Positions 27,270-44,166 of a stretch of DNA of 64,000 nt are shown here, one piece after another. The DNA is taken from the NCBI GenBank assembly GCA_964016885.1, contig OZ024750.1, forward strand, positions 52,452,001-52,516,000, given 5' to 3'. A program made the translations under genes and the position numbers. Position 1 is the first letter of the stretch. Every line of letters starts with the position of its first letter. The DNA comes from Eledone cirrhosa (lineage: Eukaryota). Below the pieces are notes generated by a model. The model searched no databases and was not told the DNA's origin. It was given only the letters and a program-made list of their open reading frames with translations.

Positions 27270-27627
27270 AACCAAATAAATATATATATTTTTTTTAAAA
27301 ATAAGACTCCATTTGCATTTTCGATTTCATCTTTTTTCTTATACTTTCACTCGTAGGACACTCGGTTATTTTTCAATTTGTAAAAAAAAACTCACTTTCT
27401 AATATATATACATATATACATATATATATACATATATATACATATATACACATATATACATATATACACATATATACATATATACACATATATACATATA
27501 TACATATATATATACATATATATACATATATACATATATATATACATATATATACATATATACATATATACATATATACATATATATATATATATACATA
27601 CATATATATACATATATACATATATAC

Positions 27628-27676
<49 letters not shown>

Positions 27677-27680
27677 CAAA

Positions 27681-27742
<62 letters not shown>

Positions 27743-27743
27743 C

Positions 27744-27816
<73 letters not shown>

Positions 27817-27841
27817 CATATATATACATATACATATATAC

Positions 27842-27882
<41 letters not shown>

Positions 27883-27891
27883 CATATATAC

Positions 27892-27922
<31 letters not shown>

Positions 27923-27963
27923 CATATATACATATATATACATATTATAATATATATATATAC

Positions 27964-28030
<67 letters not shown>

Positions 28031-28063
28031 TACATATATATACATATATATATATATATATAC

Positions 28064-28120
<57 letters not shown>

Positions 28121-28125
28121 CATAC

Positions 28126-28174
<49 letters not shown>

Positions 28175-28195
28175 CATATATACATATATATATAT

Positions 28196-28230
<35 letters not shown>

Positions 28231-28375
28231 CATATATACATATATATATATATACATATATACATATATATATATATACATATATATACATATATATACA
28301 TATATATATATATACATATATACATATATACATATATATATATATACATATATACATATATATACATATATATAC

Positions 28376-28422
<47 letters not shown>

Positions 28423-28451
28423 CATATATACATATATATACATATATATAC

Positions 28452-28502
<51 letters not shown>

Positions 28503-28545
28503 CATATATATAATAATATACATATATATATATACATATATATAC

Positions 28546-28592
<47 letters not shown>

Positions 28593-28631
28593 CATATATA
28601 TATATACATATATATACATATATATATATAC

Positions 28632-28680
<49 letters not shown>

Positions 28681-28693
28681 CATATATATATAC

Positions 28694-28750
<57 letters not shown>

Positions 28751-28788
28751 CATGTATATATATATAATACATATATATATACATATAC

Positions 28789-28819
<31 letters not shown>

Positions 28820-28864
28820 CATATATATATATACATATATATATATATACATATATATATATAC

Positions 28865-28917
<53 letters not shown>

Positions 28918-28936
28918 CATATATATATACATATAC

Positions 28937-28983
<47 letters not shown>

Positions 28984-28998
28984 CATATATATATATAC

Positions 28999-29143
<145 letters not shown>

Positions 29144-29144
29144 C

Positions 29145-29193
<49 letters not shown>

Positions 29194-29216
29194 CATATAT
29201 ATATATACATATATAC

Positions 29217-29251
<35 letters not shown>

Positions 29252-29613
29252 CATATATATACATATATATATATATACATATATATATACATATATATAT
29301 ATATACATATATACATATACATATATATATATACATATATATATACATATATATACATATATATACATATATATATATACATATATACATATATATACAT
29401 ATATATTGTTATACTTGGGGAGGGTCATATTTGTGTAATAATATTGCCAGAATTAATAACAGAACTCACTCACTGTTTCGTTGGTTTTCGCTTTTCGCTT
29501 CTGTGTCTTTTATATCGGTAATCTAATTTATTCAGTCCTCAATGTTGCCATTGACTGACCGACGGTCAAAAATAATACAGATACAATATAGACACAAACA
29601 CATATATATAGTT

Positions 29614-29657
29614 TATCATAAATCTTTCGTTGCACATCTGCAACATCGTCAGTGGTG
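29614..29657 (-). ncRNA. Minimal hammerhead ribozyme motif (slightly degenerate)
   Basis: CACCA-CTGACGA-T-GTTGCA(GATG)TGCAAC-GAAA-GATTTA^TGATA: canonical core, 6-bp stem II, weak stems I and III. Confidence 0.6.
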
Positions 29658-29782
29658 CTATTGTTTCCTCCCGTTACATTGTACGTCTACGTCATTTTTA
29701 TTTAGTCTGTCTATAGAAAAAACCTAGCAAAATTAATTCATCGCCGTTATACATATATACATATATATATATACATATATAC

Positions 29783-30067
<285 letters not shown>

Positions 30068-30068
30068 C

Positions 30069-30115
<47 letters not shown>

Positions 30116-30130
30116 CATATATATATATAC

Positions 30131-30229
<99 letters not shown>

Positions 30230-30230
30230 C

Positions 30231-30277
<47 letters not shown>

Positions 30278-30282
30278 CATAC

Positions 30283-30345
<63 letters not shown>

Positions 30346-30346
30346 C

Positions 30347-30391
<45 letters not shown>

Positions 30392-30406
30392 CATATATAT
30401 ATATAC

Positions 30407-30485
<79 letters not shown>

Positions 30486-30500
30486 CATATATATATATAC

Positions 30501-30563
<63 letters not shown>

Positions 30564-30722
30564 CATATATATACATATATATATACATATATATATATAC
30601 ATATATATATATACATATATATATATACATATATATATATACATATATATATACATATATATATACATATATATATATATACATATATATATATACATAT
30701 ATATATATACATATATATATAC

Positions 30723-30785
<63 letters not shown>

Positions 30786-30820
30786 CATACATATATATAT
30801 ACATAATATTATATACATAC

Positions 30821-30867
<47 letters not shown>

Positions 30868-30868
30868 C

Positions 30869-30933
<65 letters not shown>

Positions 30934-31178
30934 CATATATATATATACATATATATATATACATATATATATATATACATATATATATATACATATATAT
31001 ATATATACATATATATACATATATATATACATATATATATATACATATATATATATACATATATATATATACATATATATATATACATATATATATACAT
31101 ATATATATACATATATATATATATACATATATATATATACATATATACATATATATATACATATATATATATATACAT

Positions 31179-33687
31179 ATCATCATCATCACCGTTTTAC
31201 GTCCGTTCTTCCACGCTAGCATGGGTTAGACGGGTTGTCCTGTTGTGTGCAGTGTCTGGTCGGCTGACCATGCCTTGCTCATACAGGAACTGATCTGGCT
31301 TGATTTCTACAGCTGGATGCCCTTCCTACACCAACCTCATTTACAGTGAGTGCTGGGTGCTTTTTCATGGCGCCTACACGTCCACTTTACAGTGTGGGCT
31401 GGGTGCTTTTTTTGCCGTGGCACCTCCACGACCACCTTGCGGTGGGGGGTGTGGGGGCATATTGTTTATATGCTTCAGCATGTACCCATGGGAGGTCGGG
31501 TACTCTGTATTACTGCGTGACGCCAGAAGTCACGGTCGTGTGTCATTGTCTTTGAGAGGTGTAATTGGGTAAGGTCGGCTTTTATCACCTCATCCCAGGT
31601 CATCTTGGGTCTCCCCACTCCGCGGTTTCCATCAACTTCTAGTGCTCTGCACCTTTTTATGCAGCTGTCATCCTTCATACGCATCACATGTCCATACCAG
31701 CGCAACCGCCTCTCCTGCACACAGCATTTGATTCCTCTTATGCTCAGTCTCTCTCTCAATTCATTTATGCTTTGTCGTTCACGTATATTACTGTTACACA
31801 TCCATCGGAGCATGCAGGCTTCGTTTCTCTCTAATCTACGTAAGTCTTCCACCTTCAGCGCCCAGGTCTCACTACCATGCAACATCGCTGTTCGGATACA
31901 CGCATCATACAGTCTGCCTTTCATTCTGAGGGAGAAGCCTTTTGCAGCTAGCAGTGGTAGTAGTTCCCTAAACTTCTTCCATCTCGTTCTTACCCTAGTT
32001 ATTGTACTTTCTGAACACCCACCTCCGTTGCTAATTCGGTCACCTAGGTAGCAGAAGCTGTCTACTGTTTCTACAGAGCCCTCCCAGAGAATGGTGGTAC
32101 TTGTTTCCTGTGGCTGTTTGCTGCTTGCTGTTTCAGCACAGCTGCTGCATGTGAATCCTACATTCTTAATTAAGCTTCCTGAGATCCCGCTACATCTCTT
32201 GTGTACCCATTGTCTGCATTTGGGGCAGAGAATGGAGTTCCTACCTACACCTTTCCTACATACTGAGCAAGGCCATTTCCTTGAGGGGATCTGGGTTCTG
32301 TTTTCTCGTCTACGTACAAGGACCTTAGTCTTTGTCATGTTGACTTTGAGACCCTTTCTCTCTAGTCCCTGCTTCCAGGTTTGGAATTTATTCTCTAGTT
32401 CTATCATAGATTCAGCTATAAGTGCGAGGTCATCAGCATACAGGAGTTCCCATGGGCATCCGGTCTTAAATTCCTCCGTTATTGCCTGCAGGACTATGAT
32501 GAACAGGAGAGGGCTAAGAACAGAGCCCTGGTGGACCCCAACCTGTACGCTAAATTCCTCGCTATACTCATTGCTAATCCTAACTTTGCTGACTGCTCCC
32601 CTATACATGGCTTGTACCGCTTTCACAAGCCATTCATCTACTCCTAGTTTTCTAAGAGCCCACCAGATTACAGCATGTGGAACTCTGTCAAAGGCTTTCT
32701 CAAGGTCGACAAATGCCAAGTAGAGTGGCTTACTTTTAGCTAGGTACTTTTCCTGTAATTGCCTCACAAGGAAGAGGGCATCAGTGGTGCCTCTTCCTGG
32801 TACAAACCCAAATTACATCTCGTCTATATTCACCCGGTCCCTAATCAGCTGTGCTATAACTCTTTCTGTTACTTTCATGACCTGGTCCATCAACTTTATA
32901 CCTCTATAGTTTCCTCTATCTAGTGCGTCGCCTTTGCCTTTGTAGCAGTTGACAATGATGCTACTGCACCAATCTTTTGGTATGACACCTTCTAGTATCT
33001 CCTGGTTAACAATACGTGTGGTTATAGTGTGACCTACAGACCCAGATGCCTTCAGCATCTCGGCAACTATACCCGATGGACCGGTTGCCTTCCCCATCTT
33101 CATATCTCTGATTGCCTTACTTACTACGCTGCCGCTGACTTGTAATGCTGGTCCCTCTATAGGGTCTACTTGGGGTAGGGTCTCTTCTTCCCATGCATTC
33201 TCCTCATTTAGTAATCTATCATAATGACTCTTCCATGCATCTTTCTTCTCAGCACTTGTGAGGGCAAGCTCACCTTTATCATTCCGGATACACTTCTCTC
33301 CAATGACATCACAACTATCTCTGACACACTGCCTCGCAATCTTGAATACCTCCTGTTTCTGGTCCTCACGTTGTAAAACATGCTTGAATTTTCTATCCTC
33401 TGCTTCCCTCCTAGCTAAGTATACTTGTCGCCTAGCTTCCCTCTTGGTCTCTATGTAATGTACCCTGCTCCTCCCGTTCTTCCATTCTTTCCATGCCTGT
33501 CTCTTGGCCTTGACTGCTTCATCTACCTTATTGTTCCACCACCAAGTCACTCTCCTGCTTGAGGTCTTACTCCAGCCATAGACCTCGTCCGTCGCCTCTA
33601 GTAAATTATTTTTTAGGAACTCCCAGTTCTCTTCTACATTAAATGTCTCTATCTGTTCTTCTTTACTGTCGTAGGCGTTGAGTAAAA
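31179..33687 (-). mobile_element. Young 5'-truncated RTE LINE, RT frame intact except one stop
   Basis: Single reading frame from about 33687 to 31475 with one TAA in the QFGF motif (EM*FGFVPGRGTTDA); FVDLEKAFD, QGSVLSP, LYADD; (GAT)n tail. Confidence 0.96.
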
Positions 33688-33689
33688 AA

Positions 33690-37248
<3,559 letters not shown>

Positions 37249-37498
37249 CAGAGGAGACTGAGGTTGGCTGGACATGCTCACCGACATCCAGAGTTGACAT
37301 TGCACTCAGTGTTCCTTTGGGAGCCCCTACATGGACACACTAGAAAAGGAAGACCAAGGTTAACATATGTTGATGCCCTAAGGACAGACACTGGTCCGTT
37401 GGAGATGCAGGATATGGCAGCGATAATGAGGGACAGAGACTGCTGGAGAGAGCTCGTCCATGGATCTCGGGAATTTTACCCGCCTTAGATAGATAGAT
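37249..37498 (+). mobile_element. 3' end of a different RTE-like LINE with (GATA)n tail
   Basis: [12 protein letters not shown]...LWEP.HG...GRP..TYVD...DRDCWRE. Confidence 0.8.
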
Positions 37499-38017
37499 AT
37501 ATATATATATATACATAGTATTAAGGATACTATTTATGGTTATGTATATACTAAAACCTTTTATAGTTATATATATTTTAAACCCTAAATAGTGAAAGAC
37601 AGTAATTTATTACTACCTTATTACCAGTAAGATAAATAGCTCAGTTGTTCTACAGAGCAGTTATATAGAAATTACATGAATTTTCCTGGATTGTGTGGGT
37701 GGTGGTGGGTGCGAGGACAGTGGTGCTGTTTTGCTCCTCATTTGTAATATTTTTGATATTTTTGGTGTTTCTCTACACACAGGCTTCTATATCGTACAGG
37801 TGTATACATATACTAAGGGAGAGAAAAAGGTTGTGTATGTGTGTGTGTGTTTAGTCATACATGTGTGTGTGTGTGTTCATATGTCTGAGTGTGTGTATAT
37901 GTATAATCATGTTAGTGTGTGTGTGTGTAATGTGTATGTATGCGATCATGCATGTGTAGTTACACTGTGTGTTTGTGTGTCAGTGATTGTGCATGTATGT
38001 GGGTGTGGTCATGTACA

Positions 38018-39096
<1,079 letters not shown>

Positions 39097-39111
39097 AGTC
39101 AGGAAGAATGT

Positions 39112-39427
39112 CAGTACCAATGACCCTTTTTGGGATCCCTGAGAACAGAGGGGACACTGGGCAGTGACTGTGACCTTTTTGGGGTCCCTGAGAACAGAGG
39201 GAACACTAGGCAGTGACCATGACCCTTTTTGTGGTCCCTGAGAACAGAGGGAACACTAGGCAGTGACCATGACCCTTTTTGTGGTCCCTGAGAACAGAGG
39301 GAACACTAGGCAGTGACCATGACCCTTTTTGTGGTCCCTGAGAACAGAAGGGACACTGGGCAGTGACCATGACCCTTTTTGTGGTCCCTGAGAACAGAAG
39401 GGACACTGGGCAGTGACCATGACCCTT
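39112..39427. repeat. 50-bp minisatellite, ~6 copies
   Basis: CAGTGACCATGACCC starts at 39211, 39261, 39311, 39361 and 39411. Confidence 0.95.
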
Positions 39428-39674
39428 CTCTGCAAAGAATCTTGTCCAACATGTCTGCCAATCTAGTAACCCTGGACTGGTATTTTATTTATCCTGTACA
39501 AGGCAAAGATAACCTCGGGATTTGAACTGAGAGCAGAGAGGCCAGAAGAAATACTGAGGCATTTCATCCAACTCTATATCTGTCAATGAAATGTCATAAC
39601 ACCCAACAAAATAAAGAAATACAGAAAAAATATGTAGTTGATCCATCGGACTTTAAATGCTGAAGATATAAATT

Positions 39675-39822
39675 TACCATGTAGACTTGAATATAAGCTG
39701 AGGAAAATATGACTAAAGCATCGGGGGGACTTATATTCAGGGTCAATATTTTAACGATTTTCATGAACTTCAAATTCTACATAAATAAGGTTTGGTCAGC
39801 TTCTATTCAAGTATACACGGTA
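39675..39822. mobile_element. Tc1/pogo-like MITE
   Basis: Imperfect TIRs CCATGTAGACTTGAATATAAGC / GCTTCTATTCAAGTATACACGG with TA at both ends. A related copy in opposite orientation lies at 47467-47662. Confidence 0.7.
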
Positions 39823-39982
39823 ATATAAAAATGATGTGCTCATGCGCAAAGTTGCTATAAAATAGCTTATAAAATATGGTGAAGACCCTAAAAAGATGAG
39901 AAAAAAAGTTGCCATCAGCTACTATGAGGAAATGAACCCCATATCTCCTGGATACCAGCTAGAAATACAAATGTAAACTTAC

Positions 39983-40122
39983 CTATAGCGTTGGTAATCT
40001 CCTTCGTCTTTTTCTTTGTCTGAAAGTTGGTTAGGGCAGGCATGGTTGCCTAGAAGACTGAGGTACTTTAAATTTGTGTAAGATGCTTTTAACTTGGAAA
40101 TTAAACTTTCTAAATCAGAAAT
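39983..40122 (-). CDS. LRMDA: LRMDA exon (ISDLESLISKLKASYTNLKYLSLLGNHACPNQLSDKEKDEGDYQRYR), 140 bp
   Basis: gagcag acceptor with U12 branch site, gtaagt donor. Contains the YLSLLGNxACPN...KDExDYxRYR LRR-cap signature. Confidence 0.95.
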
Positions 40123-41018
40123 CTGCTCAAATGTTAAGGAAACCTTATGAAAACATCACTCCATATAATAATATATTTTAAGGCTATTTTCCTAGTTAAA
40201 GCAAGTACAGTTAGTCCCATGGGTTCTGTGACAGGTTTTATACTCCACTTAGGGTCCTTTTGGGTGGCATTGTTTTATGGTTGGATACCTTTTCAGGTAC
40301 CAACCCTTTTAGTCACCTTTTACAACACACAGGGATATGGTGTACCTATTCTCAACCAGCTAACCCATGCTAGTGTGGAAGAATGGACAGAAAACAGTGA
40401 TGATGATGATACACAGAGATCCTAACAATTATTAATAAAGTGCAGGTTTCTCTTAATAATTAGTGGAATGGTTAAGATATCTACTTCCTAATCATGAGAT
40501 TCATCATCATCATCGTTAACGTCTATCTTCCACGCTAGGGTTGGTTGAACACCACTTAAGTATCATTTACAATAGCCTCAGGTTGACCTATATCTTGTGA
40601 GTGAAATTGGGAAGGCAGAAATTGTTGCTTGGCTTGTATCTCCAATTCAAAAGACCAGCCTTGTCCCACACTACATTAAGCTGATTTTACCTGAGAATGA
40701 TTTCAAGGGTGTACAAGTCTGTAGACTACACAACCATTTACACTGGAATTCAGGTGACAGAAAGCTGGAACAAATATTGCCAGACATCTGCAATGCTCCA
40801 ACAATTCTAACAATCCACCACACTGTGGATGATACATTATTTTATTGACCTCAAAAAGGATGCAAGACTAAGTTGACCTCACTGGAATTTGAACATAGAC
40901 AAAAGAAAAACTACAGTATCTTATCTGTAATGACAGATAAAACTCAGAAAAATACAATGAAAGATATTTTAAAAAACCATAAAAACATGAATCAATCATA
41001 AATTTGAAAAAAGGATAC
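40123..41018 (-). other. U12-type (minor spliceosome) GT-AG intron
   Basis: 5' splice site GTATCCTTT. Branch site TTTCCTTAAC at 40142-40133 with the branch A about 12 nt before the AG; no polypyrimidine tract. Confidence 0.92.
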
Positions 41019-41145
41019 ATTATTTTTATTTAAAGTTAAAGTATGAAGTGAATCTAAAGCTGGGAATTCTGTATCATCATCAATCCAGTTGTTATCTAAT
41101 ACTAACTCTTCCAACTCTGTAAAGGATTCTAAACCTTTTAATGTA
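41019..41145 (-). CDS. LRMDA: LRMDA exon (TLKGLESFTELEELVLDNNWIDDDTEFPALDSLHTLTLNKNN), 127 bp
   Basis: tttttcag acceptor, GTATCCTT donor. LRR motifs LEELVLDNN and LHTLTLNKN are characteristic of LRMDA/C10orf11. Confidence 0.95.
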
Positions 41146-41221
41146 CTGAAAAATAGGTGATAGGACATTAAATATAGGTGATAGGACATTAAATATAGGT
41201 GATAGTGAACGTAGTAGGATA

Positions 41222-42521
41222 CTCAATGTATAGAGTATATATATATATATATAATCTGAGTTTTTCGAATATTAATAATTGTTTCTACTTTTGGCACAAG
41301 GCCAGCAATTACCCAGTACATTACTGGTTCTTTATTTAATCGACCCCGTAAGGATGAAAGGCAAAGTTAACCGCGGTGGGATTTGAATATTAATAATAAT
41401 ATTCGAGTTGTTTGCAATTATGCAAACAGCCTCTGGCTGATCTGTGGATCTGCTAATAGGCAGATCCACAGATCAGCCAGCCTACTAGTATGCAGATCTG
41501 ACTAATCAGCCAGCCTACTAATATGCAGATCTGACTAATCAGCCAGCCTACTAATATGCAGATCTGACTAATCAGCCAGCCTACTAGTATGCAGATCTGA
41601 CTAATCAGCCAGCCTACTAGTATGCAGATCTGACTAATCAGCCAGCCTACTAGTATGCAGATCTGACTAATCAGCCAGCCTACTAGTATGCAGATCTGAC
41701 TAATCAGCCAGCCTACTAGTATGCAGATCTGACTAATCAGCCAGCCTACTAATATGCAGATCTGACTGATCAGCCAGCCTACTAGTATGCAGATCTGACT
41801 AATCAGCCAGCCTACTAGTATGCAGATCTGACTAATCAGCCAGCCTACTAGTATGCAGATCTGACTAATCAGCCAGCCTACTAGTATGCAGATCTGACTA
41901 ATCAGCCAGCCTACTAGTATGCAGATCTGACTAATCAGCCAGCCTACTAGTATGCAGATCTGACTAATCAGCCAGCCTACTAATATGCAGATCTGACTGA
42001 TCAGCCAGCCTACTAGTATGCAGATCTGACTAATCAGCCAGCCTACTAGTATGCAGATCTGACTAATCAGCCAGCCTACTAGTATGCAGATCTGACTAAT
42101 CAGCCAGCCTACTAGTATGCAGATCTGACTAATCAGCCAGCCTACTAATATGCAGATCTGACTGATCAGCCAGCCTACTAATATGCAGATCTGACTGATC
42201 AGCCAGCCTACTAATATGCAGATCTGACTGATCAGCCAGCCTACTAATATGCAAATCAGGCCATTCAGTCACTGTATATTTCAGAAAATATATATTTTCA
42301 CTAGCTCTGAAAGTTGGCAGGTAAGCAGTCAACTGTACTGATGAAGGGTAATCACCCAGAAACATTAGTATCTGCAATTCTGTTTACATTCCAACACAAG
42401 AGCAAGAATGATGGGGTCATTCTACTGACATGGCTTTTAAAGAGGCTGTTTGCATAATTGCAAACGAATCGAATATTATTAATAATATTTGAAAAAATCA
42501 GATTACATTTATTGTATTGAG
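41222..42521. mobile_element. Inverted-repeat-bounded element carrying an internal 33-bp array; left arm interrupted by a SINE
   Basis: 41222-41434 (minus the SINE at about 41280-41387) is the reverse complement of 42441-42521. Confidence 0.65.
41460..42262. repeat. 33-bp minisatellite GCAGATCTGACTAATCAGCCAGCCTACTAGTAT, ~24 copies
   Basis: Period 33 (starts at 41492, 41525, ...), very homogeneous. Confidence 0.97.
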
Positions 42522-43086
42522 CCATGTAGAGCGATAACTAGTTGTTAGTTATAGTATTTTCTAATCTATCTACTTGTACTCCACATGATGAAGGACTAAT
42601 GTCCATTTAACTATGGAACAATACTTTGGTCAAAATTTAAAATATTATAATTGTTATTTAATATATTTCCTTTTCTCTCAATGTCGCCTGTTTTAAAGGA
42701 TGGCATCAATTGATGCTGAAATCTCAACATCATTCTATGTGTAGGATTATATTTGTCTACTTTTAATTTTCATCAAGTTTCTTGCAAGCAAGTATTGGGG
42801 ACTCCAAATGTTCTCTAGTCTAGGGCTCCTAGCTGCTTTAGTCTGGCCCCATTTTTGTGTGTTACCTCTGTTTTTGAGGTGAACATGGATCGATACTGGA
42901 ATCTCAACATCCTTCTATATGTTAGTCTATTTTTATTACGTTTCTTGAAAGCAGGTACTGGGGTGGGGCGGGGTGGTGGTGGTGGGGGGTCCCACTCTTT
43001 TCTCTATTTCATGTCCCCTAGTCTCTGTAATCCAGCTGTTGTCACTGGTTGTAGGGAAATAGGAAACAAAAGGCAATATAACTTAC

Positions 43087-43187
43087 TACAGTAGATTATA
43101 ACTAAGATCCATACATTTGGTTTTCGTACAGAAGTTTTCAATTAATTTCTCTGGGATGACGTGAATATCATTGCAGGCGTATGTCAA
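43087..43187 (-). CDS. LRMDA: LRMDA exon (LTYACNDIHVIPEKLIENFCTKTKCMDLSYNLL), 101 bp
   Basis: Polypyrimidine tract plus ttccatag acceptor and gtaagt donor. LRR start MDLSYNLL. Phase-2 end TA joins T of the next exon to give Tyr. Confidence 0.9.
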
Positions 43188-44166
43188 CTATGGAAGACCG
43201 GAAAGGAGAAATAGAAACAGATTTAAAAAAAAAGAAAAATTACTGCAACAATATGTCACGCATGAAAGACCAAAGAGATAAAAAAAATAATACAAAAATT
43301 GAATAAGAATAAAAATGGAAATCCCATGTAGAGAATTCAAAAGGGGCACATTAGTTCTGTGTAGAAAGATATAGTCTTGTCTAGTGCGGCACAGTCGAGT
43401 GTAGAGAATTGGTAGAGTCTTGTGTAGTGAGTTATATGTAGAGATATAGTCATGTGTAGTGATTTGTAGAGACACATAGCTCTTAGCTCCACCTAGCGAG
43501 TTGTAGAGACATTAACACTGTGTAGAGAGATATAGTCCTTGTAGTGATTTGTAGAGACACATAGTAGCTCTTAGCTCCACCTAGAGAGTTGTAGAGACAT
43601 TAACTCTTGTGTAGAAAGATATAGTTCTGTGTAGAGAGACACTCCTACATATGAATTGTAGAAAAACATTGTTATACAATTTGGAAACACTGTCTGTGAA
43701 CAGAAGATTGGAAACCCTTTTGATTATAGGTCTGCTGAATTATGTCTGACCTGGGGCTAAAAAATAACAATAATGGCCAACAATTTTCTTCTTTTTTTTT
43801 GAAGAGGGAAAGTTGATTATAGGAAGGGTATCCAACCATAGAAAGTTTGCCAAACAAAAGGTTTGGAAGACACTTCAGTTGTGTCAAAGACATGACAGCC
43901 TCCCTGGTGTTGGTGATCTGTACAATAAACACACCCAGTACATGCTGTAAAGTGGTTGGTGAGCATCCATCTGTAGAAACTTGCCCAACAAAGGGTTGAG
44001 AGAAGCCGTCAGTTATGTGAAAGACATGCAACCTCTCCTGTGCACTTGGTGGAATGTAAGGTCCTATATAAGTGAGATGAAGACCCCCACCCCAAGCCTG
44101 TCTGGAAGGTCATCTGCCTCACTACAATATTGACCCAACTCTTGCTAGCAGGGAAAGCAGATGTTA

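Larger units (their letters stand above)
27054..27340. mobile_element. ~290-bp near-perfect palindrome, Penelope-like inverted pLTR
   Basis: Arms mirror around the GATG loop at 27195-27198; each arm carries a hammerhead motif followed by AATAAA. Confidence 0.8.

Noticed and set aside
31605-32723. Long ORFs antisense to RTE (also 1360-1833, 2170-2682, 14794-15213)
   Set aside because: Recurrent antisense shadows of the same LINE coding region, with no independent support.
42580-42618. Hammerhead-like ATGATGA-GGAC(TAAT)GTCC
   Set aside because: The GAAA box is missing; at most a dead relic.
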